Assembly (NCBI GenBank): GCA_963827045.1 | Contig: CAWGZH010000002.1 | Location: 612,520-676,519, forward strand | Direction of reading: 5' to 3' | Length of the DNA stretch: 64,000 nt | Origin: an uncultured Solirubrobacterales bacterium | GTDB lineage: Bacteria > Actinomycetota > Thermoleophilia > Solirubrobacterales > Solirubrobacteraceae | Shown: positions 7,843-17,360 of the stretch, in pieces | Layout of the letters: every line of letters starts with the position of its first letter | Numbering within the stretch: position 1 is the stretch's first letter | The notes under the pieces: generated by a model | What the model was told of the DNA's origin: nothing | Seen by the model: the letters and a program-made list of their open reading frames with translations, nothing else | The model's database searches: none | Position numbers and translations under genes: made by a program

Positions 7843-9024
7843 ATCGATCCGATCGGCAACCCCTATACCCCTGGTGCTGGTTCCCGTCCTCCTGCGCTGA
7901 CGGGCCGCGATGAGGAGATCGAGGCGTTCCGGGTGCTGCTTGGTCGTTTGCGTGCTGGGCGTCCGGAGAAGAGCATGCTCGTCACGGGGCTGCGGGGCGT
8001 CGGCAAGACGGTGTTGTTGAACACCTTTGAGGCGATCGCTGAGGAGGCTGGCTTTCGCAGCGCCAAGAGCGAGATCACCCACGAGACGGAGTTTCGTCCG
8101 CTGATCGCACGGCTGGCGCGTCGCGCGCTGCTTTCGATTAGCCCCGCGAGCCGGATGCGGGAGCGTGCCCGCCAGGCGGCTGGCGTGTTCAAGGCGTTTA
8201 CCTTGCGCACCCCGGAGGGGTTTGAGATCGGTGTGGACGTCGAGGCGCTGGTCGGGCGTGGGGACTCCGGTGATCTAGGCGAGGATCTCGCCGACCTTTT
8301 CGTAGCCTTGGGCGAGGCCGCCGTAGAGCATGAGACGGGGGTGGTGTTCTTGCTCGATGAGGTGCAGTTCCTCGCGCGTGGGGAGCTTGAGGCGCTGATC
8401 GCCGCGCTGCATCAGGTCTCCCAGCGCGAGCTACCGTTGACGCTTGCGGGTGCCGGTCTGCCTCAGTTGCCGGCGCTGACCGGTGCCGCAAAGTCCTACT
8501 CGGAGCGGCTGTTTCGCTTTCCCGCCATCGAGCGCCTTCCCGCCCAGGCAGCGCGCGATGCGCTGGAGCTGCCGGCCCGAGCGGCGGGCGTGGAGTACCA
8601 GCGGCCAGCGACGGACAGGATCCTCGACCTGACCGATGGCTACCCCTACTTCTTGCAGGAGTACGGCAAGCATGTCTGGAACGTGGCGGCGGGTCCGGCG
8701 ATCACGCTCACGGATGTCAAGCGCGCGCACGACCTCGTTCAACTGGAGCTTGACGAGAGTTTCTTTCAGGTGCGGATCGGTAGGGCGACCCAGACCGAGC
8801 TTGATTATCTCTCCGCGATGGCGGACCTTGGCGACGGCCCTTATCGCTCGGGTGAGATTGCCGCGAAGCTTGGCCGTCCCGCGGCGGCGAGCGTCGCACC
8901 GACCCGTGGGCGCCTGATTGAGAAGGGCCTGATCTACAGCCCGTCCTACGGTCTGAGCGAGTTCGCGGTCCCCCACTTCCAAGGGTTCATCCGACGGCGC
9001 TTCCCGCTCAGGGATACGACCTGA
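7843..9024 (+). CDS. AAA+/P-loop ATP-binding protein (AAA_16-like) with C-terminal wHTH; start codon uncertain
   Basis: NPYTPGAG N-terminus, Walker A GLRGVGKT, Walker B FLLDEVQ, TDGYPYFLQ, C-terminal RGRLIEKGLIY. The expected start position reads ATC. Confidence 0.8.
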   Translation: MDPIGNPYTPGAGSRPPALTGRDEEIEAFRVLLGRLRAGRPEKSMLVTGLRGVGKTVLLNTFEAIAEEAGFRSAKSEITHETEFRPLIARLARRALLSISPASRMRERARQAAGVFKAFTLRTPEGFEIGVDVEALVGRGDSGDLGEDLADLFVALGEAAVEHETGVVFLLDEVQFLARGELEALIAALHQVSQRELPLTLAGAGLPQLPALTGAAKSYSERLFRFPAIERLPAQAARDALELPARAAGVEYQRPATDRILDLTDGYPYFLQEYGKHVWNVAAGPAITLTDVKRAHDLVQLELDESFFQVRIGRATQTELDYLSAMADLGDGPYRSGEIAAKLGRPAAASVAPTRGRLIEKGLIYSPSYGLSEFAVPHFQGFIRRRFPLRDTT

Positions 9025-9204
9025 CCACTCTCGGGATCGGTATGGGTGACTCGACCGTTGGGGAGAAGTCAAGTCCCTCGCCCAAGACCTCGCAGCTCGC
9101 TCGCCGCGAGGGTGGCCAGCGCCTTTGCCGATGCTGCCCGAGAGCCGAGATTTTTCTGCTCGGCTTCTTCGGGCGCGTGTAGGAGATGCGCGCGATTCGA
9201 GCGG

Positions 9205-10053
9205 CTAGTCCGAGGCGGATGTTCGGTTCCCGAGACGCGCGGATAGTTCCCGCGTTATGGTGAGAAGCGCATCCTGCGCGGTGCCCACAAGCGTCTCAAG
9301 CGAGGCGTTCTGGGCTGAGGCACTGAGCGAGACTGCGGCGACCGTCTCACCCCACTCGTCTCGCACGGGGGCGGCGAGTGAAATGAGTCCTTGGTGGCAC
9401 TCCTGGTCATCGCGACCGATGCCTCGTTCGCCGACGCGAGCGAGTTCTTCTCGCAGCTCGCCGTCGTGGGTGATGGTGTTGCTGGTGCGGGGTGGGAGCA
9501 CAAGGTCGCCGAGGCGCTCGTCTCGCACATAGTGCGGGAGGTGGGCCAACAGCACCTTGCCCGGGGCGGTGCAGTAGGCGGGCAGGCGCCGTCCCTGGGC
9601 CAGCAATCGGCCGAGCATCGTTTTACCGGCCCCTGTGGCGAGGATTGTGCGCTGCATGACGATCTCCTCCCCGTCGAGGATCGCGATGCTCGCGGTGTAT
9701 GACGTCCGTTGCGCAAGCTCCTCCAAGAATGGCTGGGCGTCTTGCGGCAAACCGATCGAGCTGAGTGTCGCGAGGCCAAGGTCGACGACCTTGACTGTGA
9801 TTCGGTCGCGGCGTGTTGGTGTCGCTTCGAGGTAGCCAAGGGCGCGAAGGGTCGCGATCCGGCGATGCACCCTTGCGCGTCCTACTCCGAGGATGGCGCC
9901 GATCTCAGCGGAGCCGAGTTCCGGCTGCGCCGCTGTGAAACATCCGAGGACGTCGAGGCCGACCTTCAGTGAAAGTGATTGGCGGGGATTGGGCTCGTCG
10001 CGATCCGGGTCGGTGTCTTCCCGGTTGCCGTCTTGATCTGAGGGCTCTGTCAT
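9205..10053 (-). CDS. IclR-family regulator (divergent copy)
   Basis: HTH followed by effector domain: PAYCTAPGKVLLA, GLISLAAPVRD. Confidence 0.85.
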   Translation of the reverse strand: MTEPSDQDGNREDTDPDRDEPNPRQSLSLKVGLDVLGCFTAAQPELGSAEIGAILGVGRARVHRRIATLRALGYLEATPTRRDRITVKVVDLGLATLSSIGLPQDAQPFLEELAQRTSYTASIAILDGEEIVMQRTILATGAGKTMLGRLLAQGRRLPAYCTAPGKVLLAHLPHYVRDERLGDLVLPPRTSNTITHDGELREELARVGERGIGRDDQECHQGLISLAAPVRDEWGETVAAVSLSASAQNASLETLVGTAQDALLTITRELSARLGNRTSASD

Positions 10054-10337
10054 AGCCAGTCATCGAGGTGTGCCTCGGCGATTCGATACAGCGCTCGCCG
10101 GCCGCGTTGGAGGTAGCCGAGCCTCAGCAGGTACTCGGCGTCGTCGGTGACAGTGGACTCGCTGACTGCGGTCATCGCCGCTATCTCGCGTGCCGTCAAC
10201 GCCGGGCGCCTCTCGGAGAAGCACCCCATTACCGCGAGTCGTCGCATGATCCCGGCGTCCTCGCCGGTCTTCGCGAGTGCGGCCATGTCAATTTGGTCCG
10301 CCTTCCCCGGAGCCTCCGGATTTGGGGGCTCCGGCAA
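10050..10337 (-). CDS. IclR HTH-only protein
   Basis: LAVMGCFSERRPALTAREIAAMTAVSESTV...LGYLQRG...YRI; no effector domain; ATGA overlap with the downstream IclR. Confidence 0.7.
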   Translation of the reverse strand: MPEPPNPEAPGKADQIDMAALAKTGEDAGIMRRLAVMGCFSERRPALTAREIAAMTAVSESTVTDDAEYLLRLGYLQRGRRALYRIAEAHLDDWL

Positions 10338-10356
10338 GGCGGCGCTCTTTCATGTG

Positions 10357-11211
10357 TCAGACGGCTTGCTCGTCGTCTCGGCGGTAGCCCAGCCGCGCGG
10401 AGATGTTGTCGGCGGTCGCGACGAGGTGCGGGCCAAGTGCGTTGACAAGCTCCTCTAGGGAGATCATCGAGTTGTGCGCGGCGATATTCACGGCCGCGAC
10501 CACCTCGCGGGACTCGGTACGAACAGGCGCGGAGATCGAGACGAGGCCTTGAGCGAGCTCTTCGTCGTTTACCGCCATGCCCTCCTCGAGCACATGCTCC
10601 AGTTCGGTGCGCAACGCCTTCTTGCTCGTTATCGAGTTGGGTCCGCGACGGGTCAGCGTCATGCCCACGAGCACTTCATCCAGCTCGGCCTCGGGCAGGT
10701 TTGCGAGCAGCACCTTCCCCATCGAGGTGCAGTAGGCCGGCAGGCGCGAGCCCGGTCGCAAGTTGAGATCGATTTGGCTCTGCCCGCGCCGGAAGCTGCG
10801 AGCACGATCGACGTAGAGGATTTCCGGGCCGTCAAGCACAGAAAGGTTCACGGTGTAGGAGGTGCGGTGGCGCAACTCTTCCAGGTAGGGTCGGGAATGC
10901 TCGCGCAGACCGGTCGAGTTCAGCGCGGACATTCCCAGGTCGGTCACACGCAGGCCGAGACGATACTTGCGCGACGCGCCCTGCTCAAGAAAACCAAGGG
11001 CGACGAGCGTGATCACGTAGCGATGTGTCGTGGAGCGACTCATGCCGAGATCGTCGGCTATGTCGGCGATTCCGAGGACGGGACGCTCGGGTGTGAAACA
11101 TCCGAGGATCGCGAGTCCGCGCTCTAGTGATTGCGAGTAGCGTGGCTCGCGAAGGCTCGGTATCGACCACTCGCCTGAATCGGCGCCGGTTAACTGTGTT
11201 ACGCGTGGCAT
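10357..11211 (-). CDS. IclR-family transcriptional regulator
   Basis: AGGAGG RBS; SQSLERGLAIL, MSRSTTHRY, PAYCTSMGKVLLA, ISAPVR. Confidence 0.92.
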   Translation of the reverse strand: MPRVTQLTGADSGEWSIPSLREPRYSQSLERGLAILGCFTPERPVLGIADIADDLGMSRSTTHRYVITLVALGFLEQGASRKYRLGLRVTDLGMSALNSTGLREHSRPYLEELRHRTSYTVNLSVLDGPEILYVDRARSFRRGQSQIDLNLRPGSRLPAYCTSMGKVLLANLPEAELDEVLVGMTLTRRGPNSITSKKALRTELEHVLEEGMAVNDEELAQGLVSISAPVRTESREVVAAVNIAAHNSMISLEELVNALGPHLVATADNISARLGYRRDDEQAV

Positions 11212-11261
11212 TGTCTCCTCCTGTTGGTTGGTTCTCCCTCGTTGGCTTTCCAGCGAGCAAG

Positions 11262-11771
11262 TCAGATGCGACCCCTAAGCAGCGCGACCACTTGGCTAGC
11301 GCACCGCGACCCGTTCTCAATTGGGTAAAAGACGCGTTGGATGTTCCCGTTTTGTGTGAGAAGGACGATGCGGCAGTAACGGGTGATCCCGTTGCTATCG
11401 ACTTCGGTAGGCAAGGCGAGCGCGGCACCGACACGCATGTCGGTATCACTGAGGAGGTCGTGTGGAATCCGTCCGGCGGTCCTCCGCTCATCTTGGAGGT
11501 CGTGCGGCTCGTTGCTCACTCCAAGCGCACGTACCCGCAGCGCCGAGAGGTCTTCGTGCTGGTGGCAGAATCCCGCTTGAAGCGCGGCGTCCTCCGCTGA
11601 GCTTGAGCGCTCCTCGGGGGAGCCCGAGTAGAAATACACGACCCACCAACCATGCGCGAAGCGGTCAAGCGTCACCGGGTAGCCACCGGCTGCGGTCAGC
11701 TCGACCGCCGGCAGATCACACCCGACGAGGCTTGCTTGCTCCGAGGCGTTCGTGAGTTCGCCGGAACTCAT
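11262..11771 (-). CDS. Peroxiredoxin/BCP-like redoxin lacking the peroxidatic Cys motif
   Basis: LPAVEL, VVYFY, LGVS, LLSD and RIVLL...I..VF redoxin elements present; no PxxxTxxC. Confidence 0.7.
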   Translation of the reverse strand: MSSGELTNASEQASLVGCDLPAVELTAAGGYPVTLDRFAHGWWVVYFYSGSPEERSSSAEDAALQAGFCHQHEDLSALRVRALGVSNEPHDLQDERRTAGRIPHDLLSDTDMRVGAALALPTEVDSNGITRYCRIVLLTQNGNIQRVFYPIENGSRCASQVVALLRGRI

Positions 11772-12002
11772 CAGACCGCGCCGGCGCTTGGGTCATGTGG
11801 CGCACGGCGGCGGGCCGGGAGCTCCCCATTGCTCCCGACCCGCCGAGGGAGGGACCCGCCAGCCGACCACCGCCCCGAGAAGTTCGTGCGACTGCCTCGG
11901 AGCGTGCGTGGCTGGTTCAGGTCCCAGTGCGCCATGCGGCCATGCATCGTGACGCGCGCACATGACTAGCGCAAGCGAGTTTGTAGTCCCAAATACAAAA
12001 AG

Positions 12003-12058
12003 TGTGTTTGATTAAACAGAAACACGTTTCGGAACACAAAACCGTGTTCTCAAACACA
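12003..12058. promoter_or_regulatory. AT-rich nested inverted-repeat operator region
   Basis: TGTGTTTGA/TCAAACACA outer arms, GAAACACGTTTC and GAACAC-N6-GTGTTC inside; lies between divergent operons. Confidence 0.5.
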
Positions 12059-12113
12059 AAAGTGGGCGGATTACCTTTTACTTGGCTATCCGTCTCGTGC
12101 ATACTCGCCCGCT

Positions 12114-12824
12114 GTGGGCGAGCTTGTGCTGAGGGACCTAGTCAAGCACTACGCGGGCGAGGGCGAGGTCGTCCGCGCGGTCAACGGCGTCTCGTTGACG
12201 GTAGCGGCGGGGCAGCTCGTCGGGCTCTACGGGCCAAGCGGCTCCGGTAAGACGACGCTCCTGATGATGGTCGGGTCGCTGCTCTCGCCCGACAGCGGGA
12301 CGATCACGTTCGACGGCCGTGACATCACACGGATGTCAGCCAAGGAAGCGGCGCTCTACCGTCGCATCGAGGTCGGCTTCGTGCTGCAGTCCTTCACGCT
12401 GAACCTCGCGACATCGGCGTTGAACAACGCCGCGGGCGCGCTGCCCGCTCGTGGCATGACGCCTCGTCAGGCGCGGCGCACTGTCGCCCCGTGGTTCGAT
12501 CAGCTCGGGATCGGCGACCGACTAAAGCAGCGTGCTGGTTCGCTGTCGGGCGGTGAGCGTCAACGAGTCGCGATCATCCGCGCGCTCGCTGGGAAACCGA
12601 AACTGCTGTTGGCTGATGAGCCGACGGCGAGCCTCGACAGCACCCGCTCGCAGGAACTACGCCAGCTTCTCGCGGGCATCTGCCACGAGGAGAGGATTCC
12701 GGGGATCATCGTCACGCATGACCTGGCCGCACGGGAGCACGTCAACAAGGTTTATTCCTTGCACGACGGACATCTCACTGAGGGGCTGCAATCAGACGTG
12801 GGCGCGGCCTCGGACCCTGGATGA
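12114..12824 (+). CDS. ABC exporter ATP-binding subunit (LolD/MacB type)
   Basis: GPSGSGKT, LSGGERQRVAI, LLLADEPT, VTHD. Confidence 0.92.
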   Translation: MGELVLRDLVKHYAGEGEVVRAVNGVSLTVAAGQLVGLYGPSGSGKTTLLMMVGSLLSPDSGTITFDGRDITRMSAKEAALYRRIEVGFVLQSFTLNLATSALNNAAGALPARGMTPRQARRTVAPWFDQLGIGDRLKQRAGSLSGGERQRVAIIRALAGKPKLLLADEPTASLDSTRSQELRQLLAGICHEERIPGIIVTHDLAAREHVNKVYSLHDGHLTEGLQSDVGAASDPG

Positions 12825-15367
12825 CCACGCGTTTGCTAGCCGGCCTTCGACCGAGCGTCCCGTTCTCGCTGTACGCGCAGCAGGTGGGCAAGCGAAAGGG
12901 TCAGGAGCTTCTCGCCGGTGTCGGAATCGCTGTCGGTGTCGCTCTCGTGTTCGGCGTACTTCTCGCAAGCACGAGCGTCACGCGCTCCGCCAGCGAAACG
13001 GTTCGCGGTGTCAGCGGCGGCGCCACGTTGCAGCTCGCGGCACGGTCGCCGACTGGCTTCGACGCGCGGCTCGTTCCCGCCGTGGAACAGCTTGCCGGTG
13101 TGCAGCGCTCGGGCGCCGTGTTGCGGGAGAACACCACGATCGTTGGTCCCACTGGCCGGACCCCGGCGCAGCTGGTGGGCTTCACGGTAGGTGTGATCGG
13201 CCTCGGCGGGTCGAGCACCCGCGCCCTCGCGCAAGGCGCGGTTTCCGAAGCGGGCGGCCTCGTGTTGTCGAGTTCGCTCGCGCGGAGGATCGGGGCGAGG
13301 AGCGGGCAGAGCGTGACGGTCCTCGCGGCCGGTGCCGCCCACAAGATCAGGGTCGTCGAGCTCTTGAGCGAATCGAGATTCGGTGCGCTGGCGGCGAGCC
13401 TGGTCGCTGTCGCTCAAATGTCTGTGGCGCAGACACTCACGGGTCGCGGCGGGCGGGTCACGCAGATCCTCGTAAAGCCGAGCCCAGGCGCAAACGCGGC
13501 CGTCTCCAGAGAGCTTGAGAGGCTCGCAGGCCGCCGCCTTGAAGTGCTCCCCGCGAACAACGAGATCGCGTTGCTGGACGAGGCGTTCAGGCCCAGCGAA
13601 CAGTCAACCGACCTGTTCGCGCTGATAAGCGCGATGGTCGGTTTCCTCCTCGCTTTCAACGCGGTGCTGCTGACAGTCCCAGAGCGTCGTCGCTCAGCCG
13701 CCGAACTGATGATCCTCGGATACGACGCCACTCAGGTCGCGGTGATCGTGATTGTCCAAGCGTTGATCTTGGGGGTCCTCAGCTCGTTCGTTGGGCTCGC
13801 AGTCGGCTATCTCCTCGCGCACACCCTCTTTGGCCAGGCACCTACCTATCTCGCGTTCGCGTTCCCGATCGGTGAACACAAGTCCGCGAGCTTGCTCATC
13901 CTCGTGTTGTCTTTTGCCTGTGGCCTCGGCGCCGCCGTCCTCGCAACGCTCCCGGTCCTCGAACTGTGGCGCAAACGAGCACCCGAGGAGATCCTGCGCG
14001 AGCGCGGCGAGCACGGGCAAAGCATCCGGCCAAGGGTGGTGCTTGTGCTCGCCATCGTCGGCGGCGTGCTGAGTGGGATCGTCGCGCTGCTCGCGCTCGC
14101 CTCCGCGAGCACAACCGTTGCTTGCGGCGTGCTCCTCGCAATCGCGGCGGGCTGCGTGACCCCGATGATTTACCGGCTGGCGATGCGGTCGCTCAGCCCT
14201 ATCGGCGAACGCCGGAAAGGGATGCTCGGCCTCTCGCTCATCGAGCTTGAAACGACGGCTACCCGGTCGATCGCGCTTGCGGCCGTAGGTGCGCTCATCG
14301 TCTATGGCAGCGTCGCGATCGGCGGCGCGCGAGTGGACGTGACACGCGGCCTGGAACACACGATCACCCAATACGAGAGCACAGCGGACGTGTGGGTGAG
14401 CACCGGAAACAACGTGTTCGACACCGACGCGTTCAGGGCGCCCGGTCTCGTGCCGGCACTCACACAGCTCCCAGGGGTCGCTTCCGTGCGCGCCTACCAA
14501 GGCGGGCTGCTCGACGTTGGGAAGCGGCGCCTGTTGATCCGTGCTCACGACCCGCATGTCGGTGTGATGCTCCAGTCGCTCGCGATCGTGCGCGGGAATC
14601 TCGCTCAAGCGAACAAGCGCCTCAGAGAAGGCGGGTGGGCGACAGTCTCGGAAGGTTTCGCCGGGGAACACCACCTCGCTATCGGCGACACTCTTGTGCT
14701 TCCAACGCCATCCGGCCACTTGCGCCTACGTGTCGCGGCCACGACAACGAACCTCGGGTGGCCGCCAGGATTGATCACCCTCTCGAGCACCGACTATCGT
14801 CGGGGTTGGCTCACGAGCGATCCCTCCGCCCTTGAAGTGACGCTCAAGCCCGGCGTCGCCGCATCGAAGGGCAGCCGCGCCGTCCAACACGCGCTTGGGC
14901 GGTTCCCTGGGCTGCAGGCCAGAACAGCCGCACAAGCGAGCGCGGAAGGGATCAGCACCGCGAGGCAGGGCCTGAACAGCCTCGCGCAGATATCGACGCT
15001 GCTGTTGATCGTCGGGGCGGCTGCAATCGCGGCGTCACTCAGCGCCGCGATCTGGCAAGGACGGCTCAGGCTCGCCTCGATGCGGGTCGAGGGCTACGAC
15101 CGCGTTCAGCTTTGGTGCTCGGTTCTGTGGGAGAGCGCGATCCTTCTCACGATCGGGGGCGCGGTCGGTGCGGCGTTTGGACTGTATGGGCACGCGCTCG
15201 CGTCGAGATACCTGCGGGTAACGACAGGCTTCCCCGCCCCGTTCACGGTCGGGGGTAGGCAGTTGCTGCTCACACTGCTCCTGCTCGGCGGAACCTCACT
15301 CGCTGTCGTGGCGCTGCCAGGTATCCGCGCAGTTCAGGTCCCGCTGACGACCGCCTTCGAGGACTAG
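12821..15367 (+). CDS. FtsX/MacB-like ABC permease, 848 aa, two halves
   Basis: TM + large extracellular domain + TM bundle, twice; ATGA overlap with the ATPase stop. Confidence 0.88.
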   Translation: MTTRLLAGLRPSVPFSLYAQQVGKRKGQELLAGVGIAVGVALVFGVLLASTSVTRSASETVRGVSGGATLQLAARSPTGFDARLVPAVEQLAGVQRSGAVLRENTTIVGPTGRTPAQLVGFTVGVIGLGGSSTRALAQGAVSEAGGLVLSSSLARRIGARSGQSVTVLAAGAAHKIRVVELLSESRFGALAASLVAVAQMSVAQTLTGRGGRVTQILVKPSPGANAAVSRELERLAGRRLEVLPANNEIALLDEAFRPSEQSTDLFALISAMVGFLLAFNAVLLTVPERRRSAAELMILGYDATQVAVIVIVQALILGVLSSFVGLAVGYLLAHTLFGQAPTYLAFAFPIGEHKSASLLILVLSFACGLGAAVLATLPVLELWRKRAPEEILRERGEHGQSIRPRVVLVLAIVGGVLSGIVALLALASASTTVACGVLLAIAAGCVTPMIYRLAMRSLSPIGERRKGMLGLSLIELETTATRSIALAAVGALIVYGSVAIGGARVDVTRGLEHTITQYESTADVWVSTGNNVFDTDAFRAPGLVPALTQLPGVASVRAYQGGLLDVGKRRLLIRAHDPHVGVMLQSLAIVRGNLAQANKRLREGGWATVSEGFAGEHHLAIGDTLVLPTPSGHLRLRVAATTTNLGWPPGLITLSSTDYRRGWLTSDPSALEVTLKPGVAASKGSRAVQHALGRFPGLQARTAAQASAEGISTARQGLNSLAQISTLLLIVGAAAIAASLSAAIWQGRLRLASMRVEGYDRVQLWCSVLWESAILLTIGGAVGAAFGLYGHALASRYLRVTTGFPAPFTVGGRQLLLTLLLLGGTSLAVVALPGIRAVQVPLTTAFED

Positions 15368-15407
15368 AAGGGGCCAGGCGGCACGGTGCAATGCCCGACC
15401 CGAACTC

Positions 15408-16052
15408 ATGACCGCTGACCTCGACCGCGACGACTCCCGCGAGGGACCAGTTTCGATTCGGGGAGAAGGGCGCGCTCGCCTAGAAAGCGCTGTGACGGAC
15501 TGTTTCGGCGAGTCTGGTCACCTCACAATTAGCGGCGTCTGTGGCAAGGCTGGCGCAAGCATCGGGACCATGTACCACCACTTCCCGAATGGCCTCGATG
15601 AAATGCTCTCGGGGGTGTATCTCGACCTCAGAATCGAGTCTGATGAACGCGTGCTTGACGAGCTAACCCGCCACGACTCGTTTGAGCAAGGGATCAATGC
15701 TGCGATTCGGGCGCACCTTTCATGGCTGGCTGCCAACCCCTCGCGGGCGCTCTTCCGGCTGTGCTTTAACCCTCTGTGGCTGACGGTTGACGATCGCGAG
15801 GCTCTGGCCTGCGCAGCTGAGCGTGTTGAGCAGACGGCTGATGCCTGGTACGACACTCACGTCAAGAACGGTGAGGCACGGCCGATGCCGCACACCACCT
15901 ATTGGGCGCTGCTGTTGGGGCCGGCTCAATTGCACGTCAAGATGCTGCTCGCAGACGGTGATCGTCCCGGTGTTCGCGCCGCCATCCGGCAAGCTGAGCC
16001 CCCACTCATGCTTGCCGGATCGCGCGCACTATTGGCTGACCCGCGGCTTTAG
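15408..16052 (+). CDS. TetR/AcrR-family regulator
   Basis: LTISGVCGKAGASIGTMYHHF HTH. Confidence 0.8.
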   Translation: MTADLDRDDSREGPVSIRGEGRARLESAVTDCFGESGHLTISGVCGKAGASIGTMYHHFPNGLDEMLSGVYLDLRIESDERVLDELTRHDSFEQGINAAIRAHLSWLAANPSRALFRLCFNPLWLTVDDREALACAAERVEQTADAWYDTHVKNGEARPMPHTTYWALLLGPAQLHVKMLLADGDRPGVRAAIRQAEPPLMLAGSRALLADPRL

Positions 16053-17342
16053 TATCACCCTTGAGCCTGCATGTGGTGTGACAAGCGCGCTGCGCCAGCT
16101 AACCCGCTCGATTGTCAGGCTCGCTCGCTCTATGCGTCGGTTCCTTACGAGGGTCTGTAGCACTGTGCGGAGCTCAAGCTGGGCGAGGTGGCGGCCTGGG
16201 CATATCTTCCGTCCACCGCCCCAGGGAAGCCAAGTCGGGGAGGCGCCGCCGCCGAGGAATCGCTCCGGCTGGAACTGCTGTGGGTTGGTGAATAGCTCCG
16301 GCTCGTGGTGCATCAGATAGGTACAGCCGAGAAGATGCACGGGCGGCTCGTAGGTCCATCCGTTGATTTCGATGGGTTGTGCAACGGCGCGCGGCGCGGT
16401 GAAAAGGAACACTGGGCGATGGCGTAGAACCTCGCTGATCGTGGCTGTCAAATACTCGTTGTTGCCGCTGGCGATCTCTGAAGCGAGGCGGTCTTGCACG
16501 GCCGGGTTGTGTGCCAGGAGCTGCACCGCCCACGCGAGGGTGGAGGCGGTCGTCTCGTGTCCGGCGATGAGGACCGACACGAGGTTGTCGCGAAGTTCTT
16601 GATCGGACATCGGCTGCCCGTCTGGTCGGTGCGCGTCGAGCAGCATTTCGAGCATGTCAGGGTGCTGGCCGCTGTCGTGTCGGCGCTCGCGTATTAGGGT
16701 CGCTATCAGCGCGTCAACTTCCTCGCGATGGCCGATGAATGTGCGCCATGTGTGACACCAGCCCGGGAGAAAGCGCAATCGAGGTTGCTGCAAGACGGGG
16801 CTTGCCGCGACTGAGAGCATTCTGAACATCGCACCGTGCAGAGAGCGCACGGTCGAAGTCCTCTCGCCGAACACACTTTTCAGGATCACTCTCAGCGTGA
16901 TCGCGGCGAACCTGGGGTAGGTCGCGATCACCGTGTCCGTCGGCCAGTGTGACATCTCGCGCTCGGCGAGCTGCGCCACCAGGGCGGTGTGCTCGTCTAC
17001 CAGTCGGCGATGGAATGCGGGGGTGATCGCGTTGCGGACCTGTAGGTACTCCTCGCCCTCTTTCAGCAGGAAGGATGTCTTCCCGAAAAGGGGGGCGGTT
17101 ATCGCGGCGCCGCGGCCCGCGTGCAGCACTGTCAAAGGGGCGGTGATGACAGTGCGTATGTCTTTCGCGTCCGCGAGAAAGATGAGCGGAGGCATCCCTA
17201 TCGGGCGGACGGTGAAGCGCCGCCCGATGTGGGCTCGGCACCATTCGAGGTACTCGAGCGGACGGACACGACAAGCGAGTGTCTGTAGCGCGGAAGGGAT
17301 CGGTGCTGTCGGGGGAAGGGTGGGTGGGTGAACGTGTCGCAT
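16029..17342 (-). CDS. Cytochrome P450
   Basis: AGHETT (I helix), EVLR (ExxR), PERF, heme motif WGGGRKICPG; GAGGAG RBS. Confidence 0.93.
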   Translation of the reverse strand: MRHVHPPTLPPTAPIPSALQTLACRVRPLEYLEWCRAHIGRRFTVRPIGMPPLIFLADAKDIRTVITAPLTVLHAGRGAAITAPLFGKTSFLLKEGEEYLQVRNAITPAFHRRLVDEHTALVAQLAEREMSHWPTDTVIATYPRFAAITLRVILKSVFGERTSTVRSLHGAMFRMLSVAASPVLQQPRLRFLPGWCHTWRTFIGHREEVDALIATLIRERRHDSGQHPDMLEMLLDAHRPDGQPMSDQELRDNLVSVLIAGHETTASTLAWAVQLLAHNPAVQDRLASEIASGNNEYLTATISEVLRHRPVFLFTAPRAVAQPIEINGWTYEPPVHLLGCTYLMHHEPELFTNPQQFQPERFLGGGASPTWLPWGGGRKICPGRHLAQLELRTVLQTLVRNRRIERASLTIERVSWRSALVTPHAGSRVILKPRVSQ

Positions 17343-17360
17343 TTTGTCTCCTCATGGGGT

